This document shows, piece after piece, positions 34,661 to 48,589 of a stretch of DNA of 64,000 bases. The DNA is taken from assembly GCA_001179505.1 (NCBI GenBank), contig CDMY01000718.1:1-64000 (forward strand), in the 5' to 3' direction. This DNA is from Vitrella brassicaformis CCMP3155 (lineage: Eukaryota > Protista > Chromerida). Below the pieces are notes generated by a model that saw only the letters and a list, made by a program, of their open reading frames with translations, was not told the origin of the DNA and ran no database searches. Every line of letters begins with the position of its first letter. The first letter of the stretch is position 1. Both the position numbers and the translations under genes were made by a program.

Positions 34661-35737
34661 TATTCGGTCATGGCTGTGTGTGGGAAAGTGATGTGAATAT
34701 GGTTGTGTGGTGCAGGGTGTTCTGTGGGTATCAATCGGCCAGCCGATCATGAGCAGCTCAAATCGCTGCCCGGACCGATCACTCAGTCTCTCTTTCTTCT
34801 GTAAGGCGGGACACACGGACCTCTCTCACTGCACCGATTCCCCCTTCCTGGCTCCCACCCGCCCGATCACACCCACCCACCCTTGTACACGTATCTACAC
34901 AGTACACCCAGACATCCATCCATCCACACAAGACACACATGGGCAGGCACCTTCATCACAGTGCCAAAAAGAAGGCCAAAACGCCAGACAGGCGACGGCA
35001 CGAGCATGCTTGCCGGCCAGACAGACGCATACGCACACAGACGGACGGAAAACAGCCGACGGATCTTGTCCTCACAGTCGCGAGCACGCCCCGCACTGCC
35101 CTGCCCTGCCCTCTGGCTTTCTCCCCTCTCCCTCCCTCCGTCCCTCCCTTCGTCCCTTCACACACAGACGGCATGTCCCGACGGCACGCAAGGCTATGTA
35201 TCTATGTATATGTGCAGACGCGACACACACGCCAGTCAAAAAGATAATCCACTTGCTTGTATGCACGCCAGGCGCCCGACTCGTCACGCAGACAGCCGTC
35301 ATCCAGCCAGTCAGACAGCCAGACAGCCAGTAGATGCACGTGTGAATCGATGCACGTAGTTATGTAGGTGTGCTTTTGTGGCTGTGGAGCCACACACATG
35401 CCCACTCGGCACCGTACTAGGTAGGTGGCTCGGTAGGTAGATCTTAAATGAGAAACGATGATGGGAGAGCGGTCAGCTCCACACACTACTGAGATGACAC
35501 ACAGGAGAGAGAGAGAGAGAGACTGTATGTGAGCAGGAAAACAATGGTGTGGTGGTGGTGGTGGTGGCGGTGGTGGCGGTGGTGGACATGGTGTGTCTGT
35601 TTACCTGTACGTCAGGTATCTTCTGCCTCAGCGATAGCCTGTCCCTTCACGTCCACTGAGCCGTCCACAGGCGACCCATAACACACCTCTGCAACCAACA
35701 CAACACCACACCCACACAAAACACATCCATGTATCTA

Positions 35738-38700
35738 TCACTCGACCAGCCATGCCTCTCTTGTCGGTCTCTGCTCACCTTCGCCCCCATTGCCGTTGGT
35801 GACGTCCGTCATGAAGTCGTCACCGCCCCCTCCCCGCCCCTCTTCCCTGTGCTTGCGCCTCATCTCTTTGCGATGTCGGTTGCCCCGCCGGTCGACACGC
35901 ATGAAGTCAGCCAATGTCGGGTTCTTCGGTGGCAGCTTCCCTCCTCGCATGGGTGGCGGGGGAGGAGGCACCCCGCCACGCCCATACGAAATCGACATAG
36001 ACCCGCCTCTGTGGTTGGTGAGGGAAGGGTCCGGCGCTGGGAGGGAGGGGGGGTCGGTGGTGCTCTTGCGGCTGAGCCCGCCGGCAGAGTACTCGGACGA
36101 CTCGTCCACGGCCGCCCCGGTAGCGTGGTTGTGCGGGCCATTCGCCACGGCCGCCCCGGTGGCGTGGTTGTGCGAGCCATTCGCCATGTCAGGTCGGTCC
36201 GCACTCGACGCCTCCCCGCCGCCCCGCCCCGTCCTTCGCTTGACATGCCCGTAGCCGCTGCTGCTGGGCTCCTCCCAGTCCGCTTGTCGGGGGCTGTCGT
36301 CTCCGCCCTCTTGCACACGCCGCCTGTATGACCTTTGGGGAGGTCGGCCCCCTCTGCTGCCTCGATACGGGGGCGGTGGTCCGTGTGTGGGTTGGTAGTA
36401 GTGGTGCTGCGGGGGCTGCTGCTGGTGCTGGTGTGGGGGCTGGTATGGGGACCACTCTTGGCCCAGGTCGCCGGGCCACCCAGTCGCATCTCTGTCGGTA
36501 TTGGGGGTCACGGGCTCGTCTCTCTCCCCCTCCCTCCCCCTCTCCGCTCCCAAATCAGGCCCGTATTGCTGGCCCGGTGTGCGGCGACTCCCGCTGCCCA
36601 CTTCCTGCCTCGCCTGTGCCCGGTGTGTGGACAGGGCGCCGCTGGGGGCGCTTTGAGCGAGGGGAGACGGACTGGGGGACGACTCGGGCCCATAGCTGTC
36701 GTTGTAAGGGCTCTGTGAGGGTGTGCCAGCAGACCCGTGTCGCATGGGCGGTCGAGATGGCGGGATGCTTGCTGGCGGCGGCGAGATGCCCAGCCCTCGG
36801 CCAACGGCCCGCTGGCGACTTGGTCCTGAAGCCTGGCTCTCCTCTGCCGGCTCCCGGGTGACCGGGGGGCGGGTGTCGGTCTGGCGCACCTGACGATGGG
36901 CTGACGACGTCTGTGACGACACAGTGGGGTAGGGCGGCGGGCCGCGATCCGTGTGCCGAGCAGTGGCCGCCCCGGCAGGTCTTCCGCCCCCGTGCTGGTG
37001 CTGCTGGTGGTGGTTGTGGTGGTGGTGGTGCTGCTGCTGCTGGCTGTGGTTGAACTGTTGCTCCATCATCACCATTCGTCCAGCATCAATTGCGGGCGGC
37101 GGCTGGCTCGGAATCATGCTCATGATGACCTCAGCCCGCTTGGGTGGCGCCTGCAGCAGGCCCGCCGACATGTCCCTGCTGCCAGGCCCGTAGCGGGGCA
37201 TCCCCCCACCTCTCGGAAAGGCAGTCGGACTCCAGGCGGTGTCGATCATCAGAGGAGGGATGGACGGCCTGCTGGCGGGGGGGATGGCAGGGCGATGGGC
37301 GAACAGGGGTGGAGGCGCACCCACAGATGTCATTGGCAGTCGTGGGCGCATGTGGGCGTGGTCGTCCTCGCCTGGCTGACCAATGTACGTTGGCGGCTCA
37401 CGCGGGGGCGGCGGAATGGAGTGGGCGTGGGGGTGTGCTGACGCGAAGACAGGGGGACGCTCGGGCATCTCCATAGCAGCAGCACCAGCCCCGTTGGCCA
37501 CCACAGGACCTCCAAACACGTCAGGCGGGCCGACCACCGGCGACTCCGGCGAGTCCAGGGAGCCGAAAGCCGAGTCTGGCCGTCGACTTTCAGGGCCCTC
37601 GTGCGATGACGTCATCACGCTTGGTGGCGGCATGGCGGGTGGCACACCGATCGCCGCAATCGGCACACCAACGGATGCAGGCGCAGCAACGGGAGACGGT
37701 AGGAGGGGCTGGGGCACTATCACGGTCACCACACGGTCCTCATTGACGTTGACCTCGCCCCCTTGGCTGCCGTTAGCCACGATTGGCAGAGGTCCTCGAC
37801 CCTCGCTGGGCATGGCCGCAGGGATGGGGGCAGACGACACACGCATCTCAGCTCCAGCCGCCCCAGACGATGGCAGCGGCGGATTCATCAGGGGTGGTGC
37901 CGGTGGTGCAGCAGTGGCAGCAGATGTCGGACGCCAGGGCATGCCCGCCCCAGCCAGACGCCGCACACCCCCAGCAGCCTTCAGTTGCGCCCAGTCATAC
38001 TCGGGACGGGGGGATGGCGGCATTCCTTCGCGCTCCACCTCGCAGATAACGCGCAACGCCTCAGGCATCTTGTCAAAGCGGGGGGCCTCGCCCATCAGCC
38101 GGTGCAGGAAGCTGCCCGACGCCTCACCAGCACCAGATGGCCACTCGGCTGTCTCGTCGCTTGGTTGCTGGAAGGGGCGGACAAGCGGTCGGCGGTCGAT
38201 CTCTCTCCGGCCTTCTTGGCTCAGAGCGCTGCGCAGGGACGTGAAGGGCGGCTTGATGCTCTGCGCCATGAGCAGCAGCTTCCGCTCCTCCCTGTCCTTG
38301 TGTATGGCCTCCTTGACCATGGCATCCGCCCTTTTCGCCAGCTCGGCCGGTGTGGTGCCCTTGTACGATGCGGCCATGCCCATCTTGTATGCCGGCGATA
38401 CCGGGCCGCTGATGACAGGGATTGCTGGGAGGGTGGGGGCGGGCTGCTGTGGCTGCTGCTGTGGCTGCTGTGGCTGCTGTGGCTGCTGCTGCTGCTGCTG
38501 CTGCTGAGTCATGGCCAGTGCTGCTGTGGCGCCACCGGGCACGAAGTCCTTAGCAAACGGGTTGAGCTGGTGCTTCAGGACGGTGCTGTCGCTCCTGGCC
38601 GCATCCACTGACGGCGCCCCCGCCACACTCGAATCATCTGACCCATCCCGCCGCTCCCCCCGGCCCTTCCCAGCGTCGACGCCAGCACCCTCATCACCCT

Positions 38701-41086
38701 TGTCCGTCCCTGCCGGCGCGTCAGTCACCTTGACCCCATCACGCAGTCCTGCACAAGGCGTTGGCTCTGCACCACCACTCGGACTGGGCAGCGGGCTGGT
38801 CTGCTGGACCACTGGCGCAAAACCGATTGACGGGACCGCATTGGCGGGCATTGGGGTCTCGTCTTCGCTGGCCTCGCCATACTGGTGTTCTGCTGCGGCG
38901 TACTGGCTGAGGTGAAGAGGGGGCAGGTCGCGCGTCGGGGCTGACGAGAGGGGAGGGGCGACGGGGGGCGGCGGGGGTACGGCGTCGCTCGAGATGGGCG
39001 AACAGGGCCGGTCGCTGGGCGGGGGGGCGACCACCGACTCGTACACGTTCTCCAGTGTCTTCATGAGCTGGTCAGTCTCGCCATCCCGCCCCCCTCTACT
39101 GTCCTCCTCACCTCCCCGCACCTCACCCCTCGGCACAGGTATGCCTGTCTTGTCCTCTTCGGCCGCAGCGACCGGCTGGTCGCTCGAGGGGAAGGATGCC
39201 GACCTGCCCGAGGGCAGGAAGGTGCCAGAAGAGGATGGGGACTCCTCGTCACGCGGCTGGAAGGTGTGGATGCCGCTCTTGGCGCTGCCGCTGTACAGAC
39301 GGGTTGATGGTGACCACTTGTGAGACGAGGAGGGGGCGGGGGGAGGGAGGAGCGGGCCCGTCGATGGCGGCACGGCTGTCGACCATCTTGACGCACGAGT
39401 CTCGAAGAGGGAAGTGTCCAGGGTCGGCAGTAAACCCCTCCTCTCGTACTGCTGCTGGTCTCGGCGCTGCCATGGCGGGCAGGGATACGGCCGGTGGAAG
39501 GGCGGCCGGCTGTGCCGTCCCCCTGCCGTGGTGGTCTCCCTGGTCTCCCTCAGTGCGGCCTCGACGCACGCAGCCGGGAGGGGGTTGGTGTCCGCCTCAC
39601 GCCCGCCGTGTTGGTCTGGTGCTGTATCGGGTGCTGCTCGCTTGTGCCAGCCTTGCCACTTGGTGGTGCGGGGGGAGGCGAGGGGAGCTGATGGCCTCTG
39701 CACGGCCGCGTCGGTGACTGTGCGGTTGAAGTAGATGAGGCCCTTCATGCGGCTGTCCTGGACGCTGAGCTGCATGGGCGGTCGAATGGCCCCCCCCAGC
39801 TCGGTGATGCGCTTGTAGTTGGTGAAACCGACGCCGAAGGGGTCGCAGAAGTGCCCGTTGACCACCGTGTTGATCAACCGCTCCTCGCGCCGCCGGACGC
39901 CCCTCCCCAGTGTGCCGTTGCGAGTGGCCGCTAACTGGGGGTCATGGTGGTGACGGGCGAAAAGGGAGCGGTGCAGATGCGCATTGGTCCATTCCGGGGC
40001 CGACACGACGCTCGCCATGATGCTGGAGCACGTGTCCATCACGGCAGGGATGTTGTCGGCCACGGCGGTTCTGATGGCGTCCTCCAGCCGCTGAGCCGAC
40101 ACGCCCATCGGCAGCTGATGACGCGCCGCCAACGCCTCTGAATGACCAGACGCACAAACAGCAGGGACAGACCACAAGTGAGTGTCTGTGCGTCCGTTGG
40201 GCTGTGTGTGGGTGTGGTGTTGTGTGTGCCTGTACGTACCAGAGGTGTCTTTAATCCATGCGGTTGTGATGTTGGCGTGCGCGAGACTGATTGCGAGATT
40301 GAACCCCAAGTTGCTGAAGGCGTTGGTGAGCTGCTGCACGCGGCTGTCTAGGCAGAAGTCCTTGGTCGTCAGCTGCATGGCCGTGGTGAAGCCAATCTGG
40401 TAGACAAAGCGCAAGACGCACGCAATCAATCGGTGTCATGTTGGCGCAAGGAGGTGTGTGTCTTTGTGTGTGATCGCGAGCGTCTGTGTACCATGATGAA
40501 CTTCGGGAGCCCCTCAATCAGGATACCGGGTAGCACATCGTTCTGCAGACACAACAATGACACACACAGAGATGAGAGTCTTCCCTCCCCGTCTTGTCTC
40601 TCTCAGTGGCCGTGCCGTCGCCTCACCATGATCTGGCTGATGTCGTGTGTGCCCGGTGGGAGTGTCCTCACAACTTCAGAGCTCAAGTCAACCACCCTCT
40701 TGCCGTTGGTGCGCACGAACTCTTCGACGTGAGACCTCACCCGCGACTGTACGTACCTGCACGCCACACACACAGACACCAAACAGCCACCCCTTGACTC
40801 CCTGTGTTCCTTCCACGTCAGTCAGTCGCTACGTGTATGTGCCTCCCGGTTCCCGGCCTCACCTTGCCATTTCTTCATTGGTGGCGGGCATGCCTGCCTC
40901 CATCGCCAGCCGACGACCGTCGTCTCCTCTCCGCTGCTCCCCAAAGGCTCCCGCGTCACTAGGCGGCCCGTCGTTGTGCGGTGGGCGTCTCTCCCGTGGT
41001 GTGGAGGGGACGAGGCGCGACGACGGACTCGGCGACGCCTGGGTGTGTGATACGGTTGTCTTCTTGACGTACTTTTGCTGCGGCAT
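35738..41086 (-). CDS. Large low-complexity protein with PAM2 motif and Not1 DUF3819-like N-terminal region
   Basis: A 1563-codon ORF plus upstream exons (MPQQKYVKK...|YVQSRVRSHVEEF...|NDVLPGILIEGLPKFIM|). It contains the PAM2-like LNPFAKDFVP at 38537-38566 and IGFTTAMQLTTKDFCLD...NLAISLA...AVADNIPAV, which resembles Not1 DUF3819. The 3' end is uncertain. Confidence 0.6.
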
Positions 41087-41398
41087 TGTCACTCAAGGGA
41101 AGGGACAGTCCATCTTGTCGGACTCAAACAACTACGAATGGCAACAGGTATGCTATCAGAATGACTCGTCAGATGCTCCAAGTTAAAGGCTGTTGTCGAG
41201 ACTCACCGCGCGAGCTTATATCTGCGAGCTCAAACACGACGTGAGCTGAAGAAACGCATGGATTCCCGTGTGCGTTGACCAGAACAACAACTCAAAGGCT
41301 GTCGAAGTGAATCGAAGGCTTCCACGCTCCTCGCCGCTGACTTTCTGACTCGACGGCCTCGACGGCTGATCAGACGTCGCAGAGCGCATCCCACCGCT

Positions 41399-41773
41399 AT
41401 GCGTCGCAGCCTCTGGGCTTTGGCGAAGAAGGCGCCCAAGCAGATCATGTCTGTGAGTGAAACCGCCGCGGAGCGGATCAAGACGCTGATGAAGAGCAAA
41501 GGAGAGGAAGTGGTCGGGGTCAAGATCGGGCTGCGGAGGCGAGGGTGTAATGGGCTGACGTACACGATGAATTACACCAACAAGGAGGACATCAAGAAGG
41601 GCGACGAGGTGGTTGAGGACAAGGGGGTGACGGTGGTGGTGGACGCCAAGGCTGTCATGTTCCTCGTCGGCACTCAGATGAACTTCGTGGAGACCGACAT
41701 CGGCTCAGAATTCGTCTTCGACAACCCTAACAAGAAGTCCGAATGTGGCTGTGGACAGAGCTTCAACGTCTGA
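41399..41773 (+). CDS. ISCA1: Iron-sulfur cluster assembly A-type carrier (IscA/HesB), mitochondrial type
   Basis: GLRRRGCNGLTYTMNY, FLVGTQMNFVE, EFVFDNPN and ECGCGQSF (CxCxxSF) are present. The presequence is short and basic, and there are no introns. Confidence 0.95.
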   Translation: MRRSLWALAKKAPKQIMSVSETAAERIKTLMKSKGEEVVGVKIGLRRRGCNGLTYTMNYTNKEDIKKGDEVVEDKGVTVVVDAKAVMFLVGTQMNFVETDIGSEFVFDNPNKKSECGCGQSFNV

Positions 41774-42408
41774 AGGAAGACCACAGACAGACAGCTGGCC
41801 AGGCCGCTGTGGCAATCAGCCGGACGCTCTGCAACCACACGTGTACGCTATTTGCTGATGACAGCGTCGGATTTGGGAACAGCCAGCCGCGGCATTTATC
41901 GTTGCCTTGGCTTGTCAGTCGCCCTGCCCCCCTTGGACGGACAGCTCTTTTTCTCGGCTCTCGAGTGATGTCATGTCTGGGTCCACCGCCCCCTTTGCTG
42001 TCGATAATCCCGGGTGGAGTGACAAGACACACTGGGCAGGGGAGAGGCGAGAGTCGCATGGTGGAGTGTGGCTTGCTGTTGATGGTACGTAACGTACGCA
42101 TCTGCGCATGAGTGAGTGTGAGCGAGGTGGTTTTTCTCGTAGTGAATGGACGGACGCATGGACGGGTGAGGGCTCATATTTGTGAGACCATTGACCGATT
42201 CTTCGGTTGGTCGAGACAACGGTAGTATGTGTGTGTGTGTGTGCATGAGTATGGTGACGGGATGGGTAGCTGACTGATAATTGAGTTTTTGAAGCAAGCT
42301 AGCTCTCATCAATTCACAATGACATTGGGCGCATCAACCATTCGATAAAGGTCTCTCAGTCACAAGCACATGTACACCCATGCCGACATGCATCTCCCAT
42401 CGTCACCA

Positions 42409-45400
42409 CTACCCTCCCTTGTCCAGCAGCAAGTCGAGAATGTCCAGAGCGGCCAGCTTGTTGAGCCCCAGGTTGTACTCGCCGCAGCCCGATATCTGTA
42501 TACAGCTGGGGCACCCACTCTTGAGCCGCTCCCGCTCCTTCTCGGCCTTGCTGCGCTTCTTCTTGGTCGCCCTGATCCCACCACCACCGCCACCACCACC
42601 ACCACCACCCACAGGCGGCTTCACATCGCCCGCTGATGGCGCACGTGGACCTGGATGTGCCGCCCCCTCCCCTCCCTCCTCGTGCTTGATGGCCGGGCCA
42701 TCCATCGCTGGTGGTGCGGCGGCCGGCCCCTCCTGTTCTTGCTTGACTTGAGGGCCGTCAGACGTCTCCATCGGCACTGATGCTGACGGCTGGTCGGTGG
42801 GGAGGGTGGTTGCCCCACAGGAGCAGCTGGCGATGACGTGTCGTGCGGCGTAGAGGAGGACTTCCAGCCGCTCCGCCACCCGCTGCACCAGGCCGAGACC
42901 GCCCCGCTTGGTCTCGTAGATGAGCAGAAGGTGCCTGTTGGCGTCAGAGTCGCGCCGGGTGTGCTGACATGACAGGTCGCCGGGGTCTGACGGACAGCAC
43001 ATGAACGACACTCGGATGAGTATGAGATGGGGATGGGGTCTGTCTGTGTGTCTGTGTGTCTGTGTGCTTACCGCACATGACGACGAGAGGCGCTAGGGCC
43101 AGCACGGTGTGCTCGATGGAATGCTGATGCACGCACACACCAGGAAGGGCCATCACATCAGACAGGTGGGCATGCAGGCATTGTTGTTGCGGCTCACCAG
43201 TCCTCCCCGGTCGTATTGGTGCTGGTGCTTCTCGCCGCCATGAGCACCAATCACCTCCTCGCGAACCTTTTGCACGCACAGCAGCCATCGAACCGACGGC
43301 AGGATTGAGTCCATGTTGCTCTCTGTGCCTCTATTCAATGTATGGTGTGTTATATCCGTACCTCATTGGGTATGCGCAGCCACACTGCATAGGTGGAGAA
43401 CTCGAGGGGCGGCAGCGTGCAGTCGATGACGTCCCTGACCTCACAGGTCTTCTTGTCACGCTTGCGATAACCGTGCAGACGACGCGCAACCGTCACGGGG
43501 CTGAACCAGACGTCCATCCATCCATCAACGCACCCAAGGCGCGTGTTTGTCTATCATCCGACCCACCCAGTCCATATTTCAGCCACCAGGCCGTTCTTGA
43601 GTGTGAGCACCCGTTGCCGCACGGCCGTGTGAGTGTCTGATGGGCTGCTGGTGAAGTCGAAGGGCAGGGTGTGGTGCTGTGGGATGGGAATGGGCAGAGG
43701 GAGGCTCTTGACGTGTGTCTGGCCCAGCAGAGTCACCAGAGTGTGGTCGCGGGTCTCGGTGTAGAAGTCGACTGATGGACGAAAGGAGGGACAACGGCTC
43801 ACATGTGTGTGGTCGATGCATTCTCTCTCTGTGTGTGTGGTCGCGCACCTTCTCCCTTTTGCACGAGAGCCATCTTCTGGGAGATATCGAGCTCTATCAC
43901 GATGTAGGTCTGCCCCTGATGACAGATCGACGGTGAAGCGTTTCTCTCATCCGTCTATCCATCCATCCATCCACCCGCACTCACCTGGTGCATGTATACG
44001 GCCCCTTTGTAGACTTTGAAGTAGGCAATCCACGCCTCGTACGTCTCCAGCAGCTGACCTGCACAACCAGTGAGCCAACACGCACACACACACAGTATGC
44101 ACCTCTCGCCGTGTTAAGTTGGCTCCGCCACTGTGTCTGTCCGTCTGTCCGTCTGTCCGTCTGTCTGTCTGTCTGCCTGTCTGCGCACCTGTGGCCTTTT
44201 CTATGACGCTGAACTTCTCATTGTCGATGCTCCGCAGATTCACACCACGGGAGGGATTCTCAACACCTGCACTCGCACACATGCACATTGAATATTCCCT
44301 GGCCACGTTTGTTTACCGATGAACTGCACGGTGCCGCTGATCGTCTCGACAGTGTCGGCCGTCATGTCCTCAGTGGGCATCCAGAAAGGCCGCAACGAGC
44401 CCTCCTTCATCCCACCCTCAGGCTCGAACTTGAGCAGACCTGCCGTCTTGCAGCACGTTGTGCCCGTCAGGCGCGCCGCACGGCGACCAAAGATGCGCCA
44501 CAGCTCACTGCTCGCCTTCTCGTCTGTGGCGGCGGCAGCGGGTGGGTTGTTGCTGTCGTCCTCTTCGGTTTTGGTTGTGTGGAGCATCATGTCGTGTGTG
44601 GAGGCTTGGATGGGCAGCTCCGACGCAGCGCAGTTGAGATGAGCCTCCAACAGCACCTGCACACAGACAGGCAGGCACACAGGGGGGAAGCACCCACAGT
44701 ACGAGTCTGCCTGCCTGTCTGTGTTTTGTGTTACGTACGGGGTTTGTAGGGTCGATGATGGCCTTCTCAAGAGGACGGCCGAACAATGACTGAGGCGACA
44801 CCATGAAGTGCTGGTCCAGCGGCGAGTCGAGAGCAATCAGTATGGCCAACGAAGGGCGACCGGTGCGGCCGGCACGGCCAGCCTGACGATCACAACGGAA
44901 AAGAAAAGACGGGACATGTTCGGCCGTGGAGAGCGTGTCTTTGTTGTGAGATGGTGTGTACTGTCCCTACCTGCTGCCAGAGTGAGCAGAGCGTCCCGGG
45001 GTAGCCCACATGAATTGACGCGTCCAGGTGGCCGATGTCCACACCCAACTCCAACGCATTCGTCGTCACGACCCCTGCGCAGCAAGACAACGGCAGGCAC
45101 GATGATGGACGGGGCAAGAGACTAACATGTCGGCGCTTGTGTGGCTTCTCACCTCTGAGTGTCCCGTCGTGAAGGAGCTTCTCGAGCCGTCGCCGCTCGG
45201 CAGGAACATAGCCACCCTTGTACGACGCCACCTGCACACAGATACACATACGTACACAATCTTGAAATCAGGTGTCCGGCCTTTGAGATGGTGTCTTTGA
45301 GTCAGGTTACCTTGTCTTTGAGTTCTTCCTCGAGCCGCTCTCTGCAGCGATTGAGAATGAGGTCGGCCACCGTCCGCACCTTGACGAACGCGATGGTGCG

Positions 45401-48400
45401 GATGTTGTGCTGCACCAAGTACGCCAACAACACCGCTGCCTCCGTGTAGGGGCTCTCCCTGGAACAAACACAGACACACACGCTCACATGGCTGGCTGTT
45501 GTCTGTCTGTGTGCGGTGTGTGTGCATGTCCGACCTCTTCCGTGGCCCCCTGGGTGTGCTCTTAACGTAGTTCTCTCCCAGCAGTGCATTGAGCCCTCGC
45601 CCCCTTCTCCGCTTCACACCCCTCTGCTCCTGCTTGTCCACAGCCCGGCTGCTGGCACGCGCCTTGCCCTTCGCCGCCACCTTGTGCTTCGCCTTCGGCT
45701 TGGCGGCCTTGGGCTTGGCCTTGGGGTTGGCGAACTGGTCAATCTTGGCAATGTCGCTGTCATACCCACTGCTGCTGCTGCTGCTGCTACTGCTGCTCTC
45801 ATCGCCGCGGCCTTTGTTCTCTCTGCCGGGTCTCTTCTTGCCGGCCGTCCGCTGCGTGGTGTGGAAGTCGTCGTAGGTGCCCTCGAACTTGGCGTCCTCT
45901 TCCTGCTCCTTGCCGGTTGCTACTGCTGCTGCTGCTGCAGCAGGAGGTTTGCCCTCGTCCTCGTCGCTGCTGCTGTCTTCCAGCTCTAGCCGCTCGAGGA
46001 TCGGAGGATTCCACAAGGCGAAGTCCTTGGCACCCCTTGGCGCACCGTCCTCGTCGATCACGCGGATGGACGACTCGGGCAGACCTGACAAGGGATGAGA
46101 TATGTGAGGTCCGCGGATGTATGTGTGATGCGACGCATTTCTGTGCTTTACCTGTGAGGTTTTGTGTGTGTTCGAGTGGGTTGGCGATGGTGGCGGAGCA
46201 GAGGACGAACAGCGGGGTGGCACAGTAGTGCGCACACACGCGGCGGAGGCGACGGACCACAAGGGCAACGTGAGAGCCGAACGCACCCCTTGACACACAC
46301 AGACACAGACAGACAAGACAGACAGACAGACAGGTGCATCCACCCACACTGTGTGTGACCCACCACCCACCCACCCACCTGTATGTGTGTGCCTCATCCA
46401 GGACGATGAGTTTCAGGTTCTGGAGCACCTTGCCCCAGCCCTCCTTCCTGTGCAACGGCAGCACAGATGCGTGGATCATATCGGGGTTGGTCAGGAACAC
46501 GTTGCCCTCCGCACGGATGATCGGCCGGTCCGGACGGGGCGTGTCGCCGTCGTAACACGCTATCTTCAATCCGTTGCACGCCACCTTCGAGAACCGACGG
46601 AGACCCGCCAGCTGGTCTGAGGACACATACGACATGTGGAGGATGTTTTGCGTGCGAAAAGTGGTGTCGTGTGCTGGGTACCTTGGGCGAGGGCTTTGGT
46701 AGGAAAGAGGAGAAAGAATCGAGCGGTGGGGTCGATTCGGGCGTGCTCAATGATGGGCAGGATATACCCGAGCGACTTGCCGGAGGCCGTCCTTGTCGTG
46801 ATGATCAGGTTCTTCTGCTCCTTCAGCACCTGCGCAAGCACACACACGCATGTGCATACCCGCATTTATGAGTGTCGATGCCTCTGCGTGGTATTCGTGT
46901 GGGTGTACCGACCGCGTGGACAGCCTCGATCTGGTGTGAGAAGAGCTTCTCGATGCCCTCCTCCGCCAGGGCAGCCTGCACGGGGGGGCTGAAGGCCACC
47001 GACATGTCACCATACTGCGCCGGGCGGGCGGCAAAATGCTGAAACGAACTCACACACAGATTTCATTGGCGAGTTTGGTTACGTGTTGGTTTCTGCGCGC
47101 CTGTCACCTACCTCTATGTGTGTGATCTGAGACTTGTATTCCTTGGTGGACTTGATGAAGCGGAGGAAGTTGGCCGGCGTGACCTCGGGCTCGTCAAACA
47201 CGTGCTGCTCCTCCTCCTCCCTCTCTCCCTCCCCCTTGGCTGCTGCCCCATTGCTCTCGTCTTCTGATGAGTCCACACGACGTGAGCCTGACGGACGGAG
47301 GGACACGCAGACACACAGAGGGAGTGATGCGTGTGCTCTGGTGCTTTTTGAGGGGCACTGATGCAATCAATCATTGCAAGCGGGCCTCTCTGCTGATAAA
47401 ACGTGAGAGCATGTGTGTCTGTGTCTGACGGCTGCAGCAACGCATCCTCTTATCCATGAAGTGGTGCGAGAATGTCCGTCACTGAGTGCTTTCCTGCTCG
47501 CCTGCCTCTCCGTCTGCCTCTCACGTGGTGCACTCACGTTTGGCGGCCTTTCGCTTCTTCCGTGGCTGCTTCTTGTCCTCAGAATCGACGTCCATGTCGT
47601 CGTATTCACTGACATCATCGTCGCCGTCGTCCCCCTGTGCCTTCTTGAGCCGACCTCGGCGCGCCTTGGCCTTGCCCTTGGCCTTGGCCTTGGCTTTCCC
47701 TCGCGACCTCCTGGGCGCTGCGCTCGCAGCCGCACTCTCATCTCTGTTGTTGTCGTCATCGGCCTCCTCCTCTGCCTTGGTCGGCTGGTCACCGACGAGC
47801 CGTGGCGGCCCCTCGCCACTCTGCCGCCTGGCATCGATGAGCTGCTTCAGCTTGGCATGGAAGTTGGCGCGGTGCTCCTTGATGAGCGACACTTTCTCCG
47901 CCACCGAGAGCTTCCTCGGCGCATCAGAGGATGACTGCGGTGCGTCAGTCACGAAACGAAAGTCCAGGCAGCCCTCGGACTCACGCAGGGTGAGCACATC
48001 TGCGAAGGAAGATACGCCACATAGCTGTTGAGTCGACTGAACGGCGTGTTTGCTTCCTTCTGCTGACCTGGATAGATTTCGCTCAGTAGTCTTGCCGTTT
48101 CACCGTCGAAGGATGACTTGAGGCGGGCGAAGTGCCCCTGAAGAACCTGTGTGTGAACAGAGATCAATAGATGTGACGAGATCTGTGTGTTTGGCTGCTC
48201 CGGCAGTGATGCACCCACCTGCAGGCTGAGGGCAGACGACCGCTCGCACGAGACGACAGCAAGGTTGAGAAGAGACGAGAATCTGCACACACATCATGTC
48301 ATGAGATGGATGAATGGCGGGGGATCATGCGTGAAAGAGAATGGTCAATGTTTCACCTGGCGACGGATTCTTCTTCGAATTGACGCCACACAACGTCATC

Positions 48401-48409
48401 CATCCTCAT
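42409..48409 (-). CDS. HRQ1: Hrq1/MrfA-type DEAH helicase with C-terminal DUF1998 zinc-binding domain, many exons
   Basis: TASGKSLGY (Walker A), [69 protein letters not shown] and C-terminal IYET...GGLG...CSC...GCPSCIQ...C. The start is hand-spliced as [18 protein letters not shown]. Confidence 0.9.
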
Positions 48410-48589
48410 TCAATTCGCAATTCCCATGTGTGCCAGGGTTCTCGTGGGGTTTGAAACCCTGCACAAACCCGACCCCCGATTATTCCTTACTCCGTGCCGT
48501 CGGAGAGGGCTCTCTCTCCACCCACTCGTCCATCCGAGTGTAGCCATTCACAGACGGTGTGATTCGAACTCCAGCCATTCATTGGCGCC

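Noticed and set aside
33100-35600. Multiple 60-230 aa ORFs rich in T/H/D/R or C/V
   Set aside because: They are translations of (CA)n, (GACA)n and (CCAT)n microsatellites. Isolated exon-like segments (about 34715-34800) could not be linked to a gene.
36107-36186. 39-bp tandem repeat as a CRISPR-like or regulatory repeat
   Set aside because: There are only two adjacent copies with no spacer. It is an in-frame coding repeat (ANGxHNHATGAAV) in a disordered protein.
35729-39734. Long plus-strand ORFs opposite the 1563-aa gene, and similar shadow ORFs throughout the window
   Set aside because: These are expected antisense ORFs in GC-rich coding DNA, with no motifs or independent splice signals.
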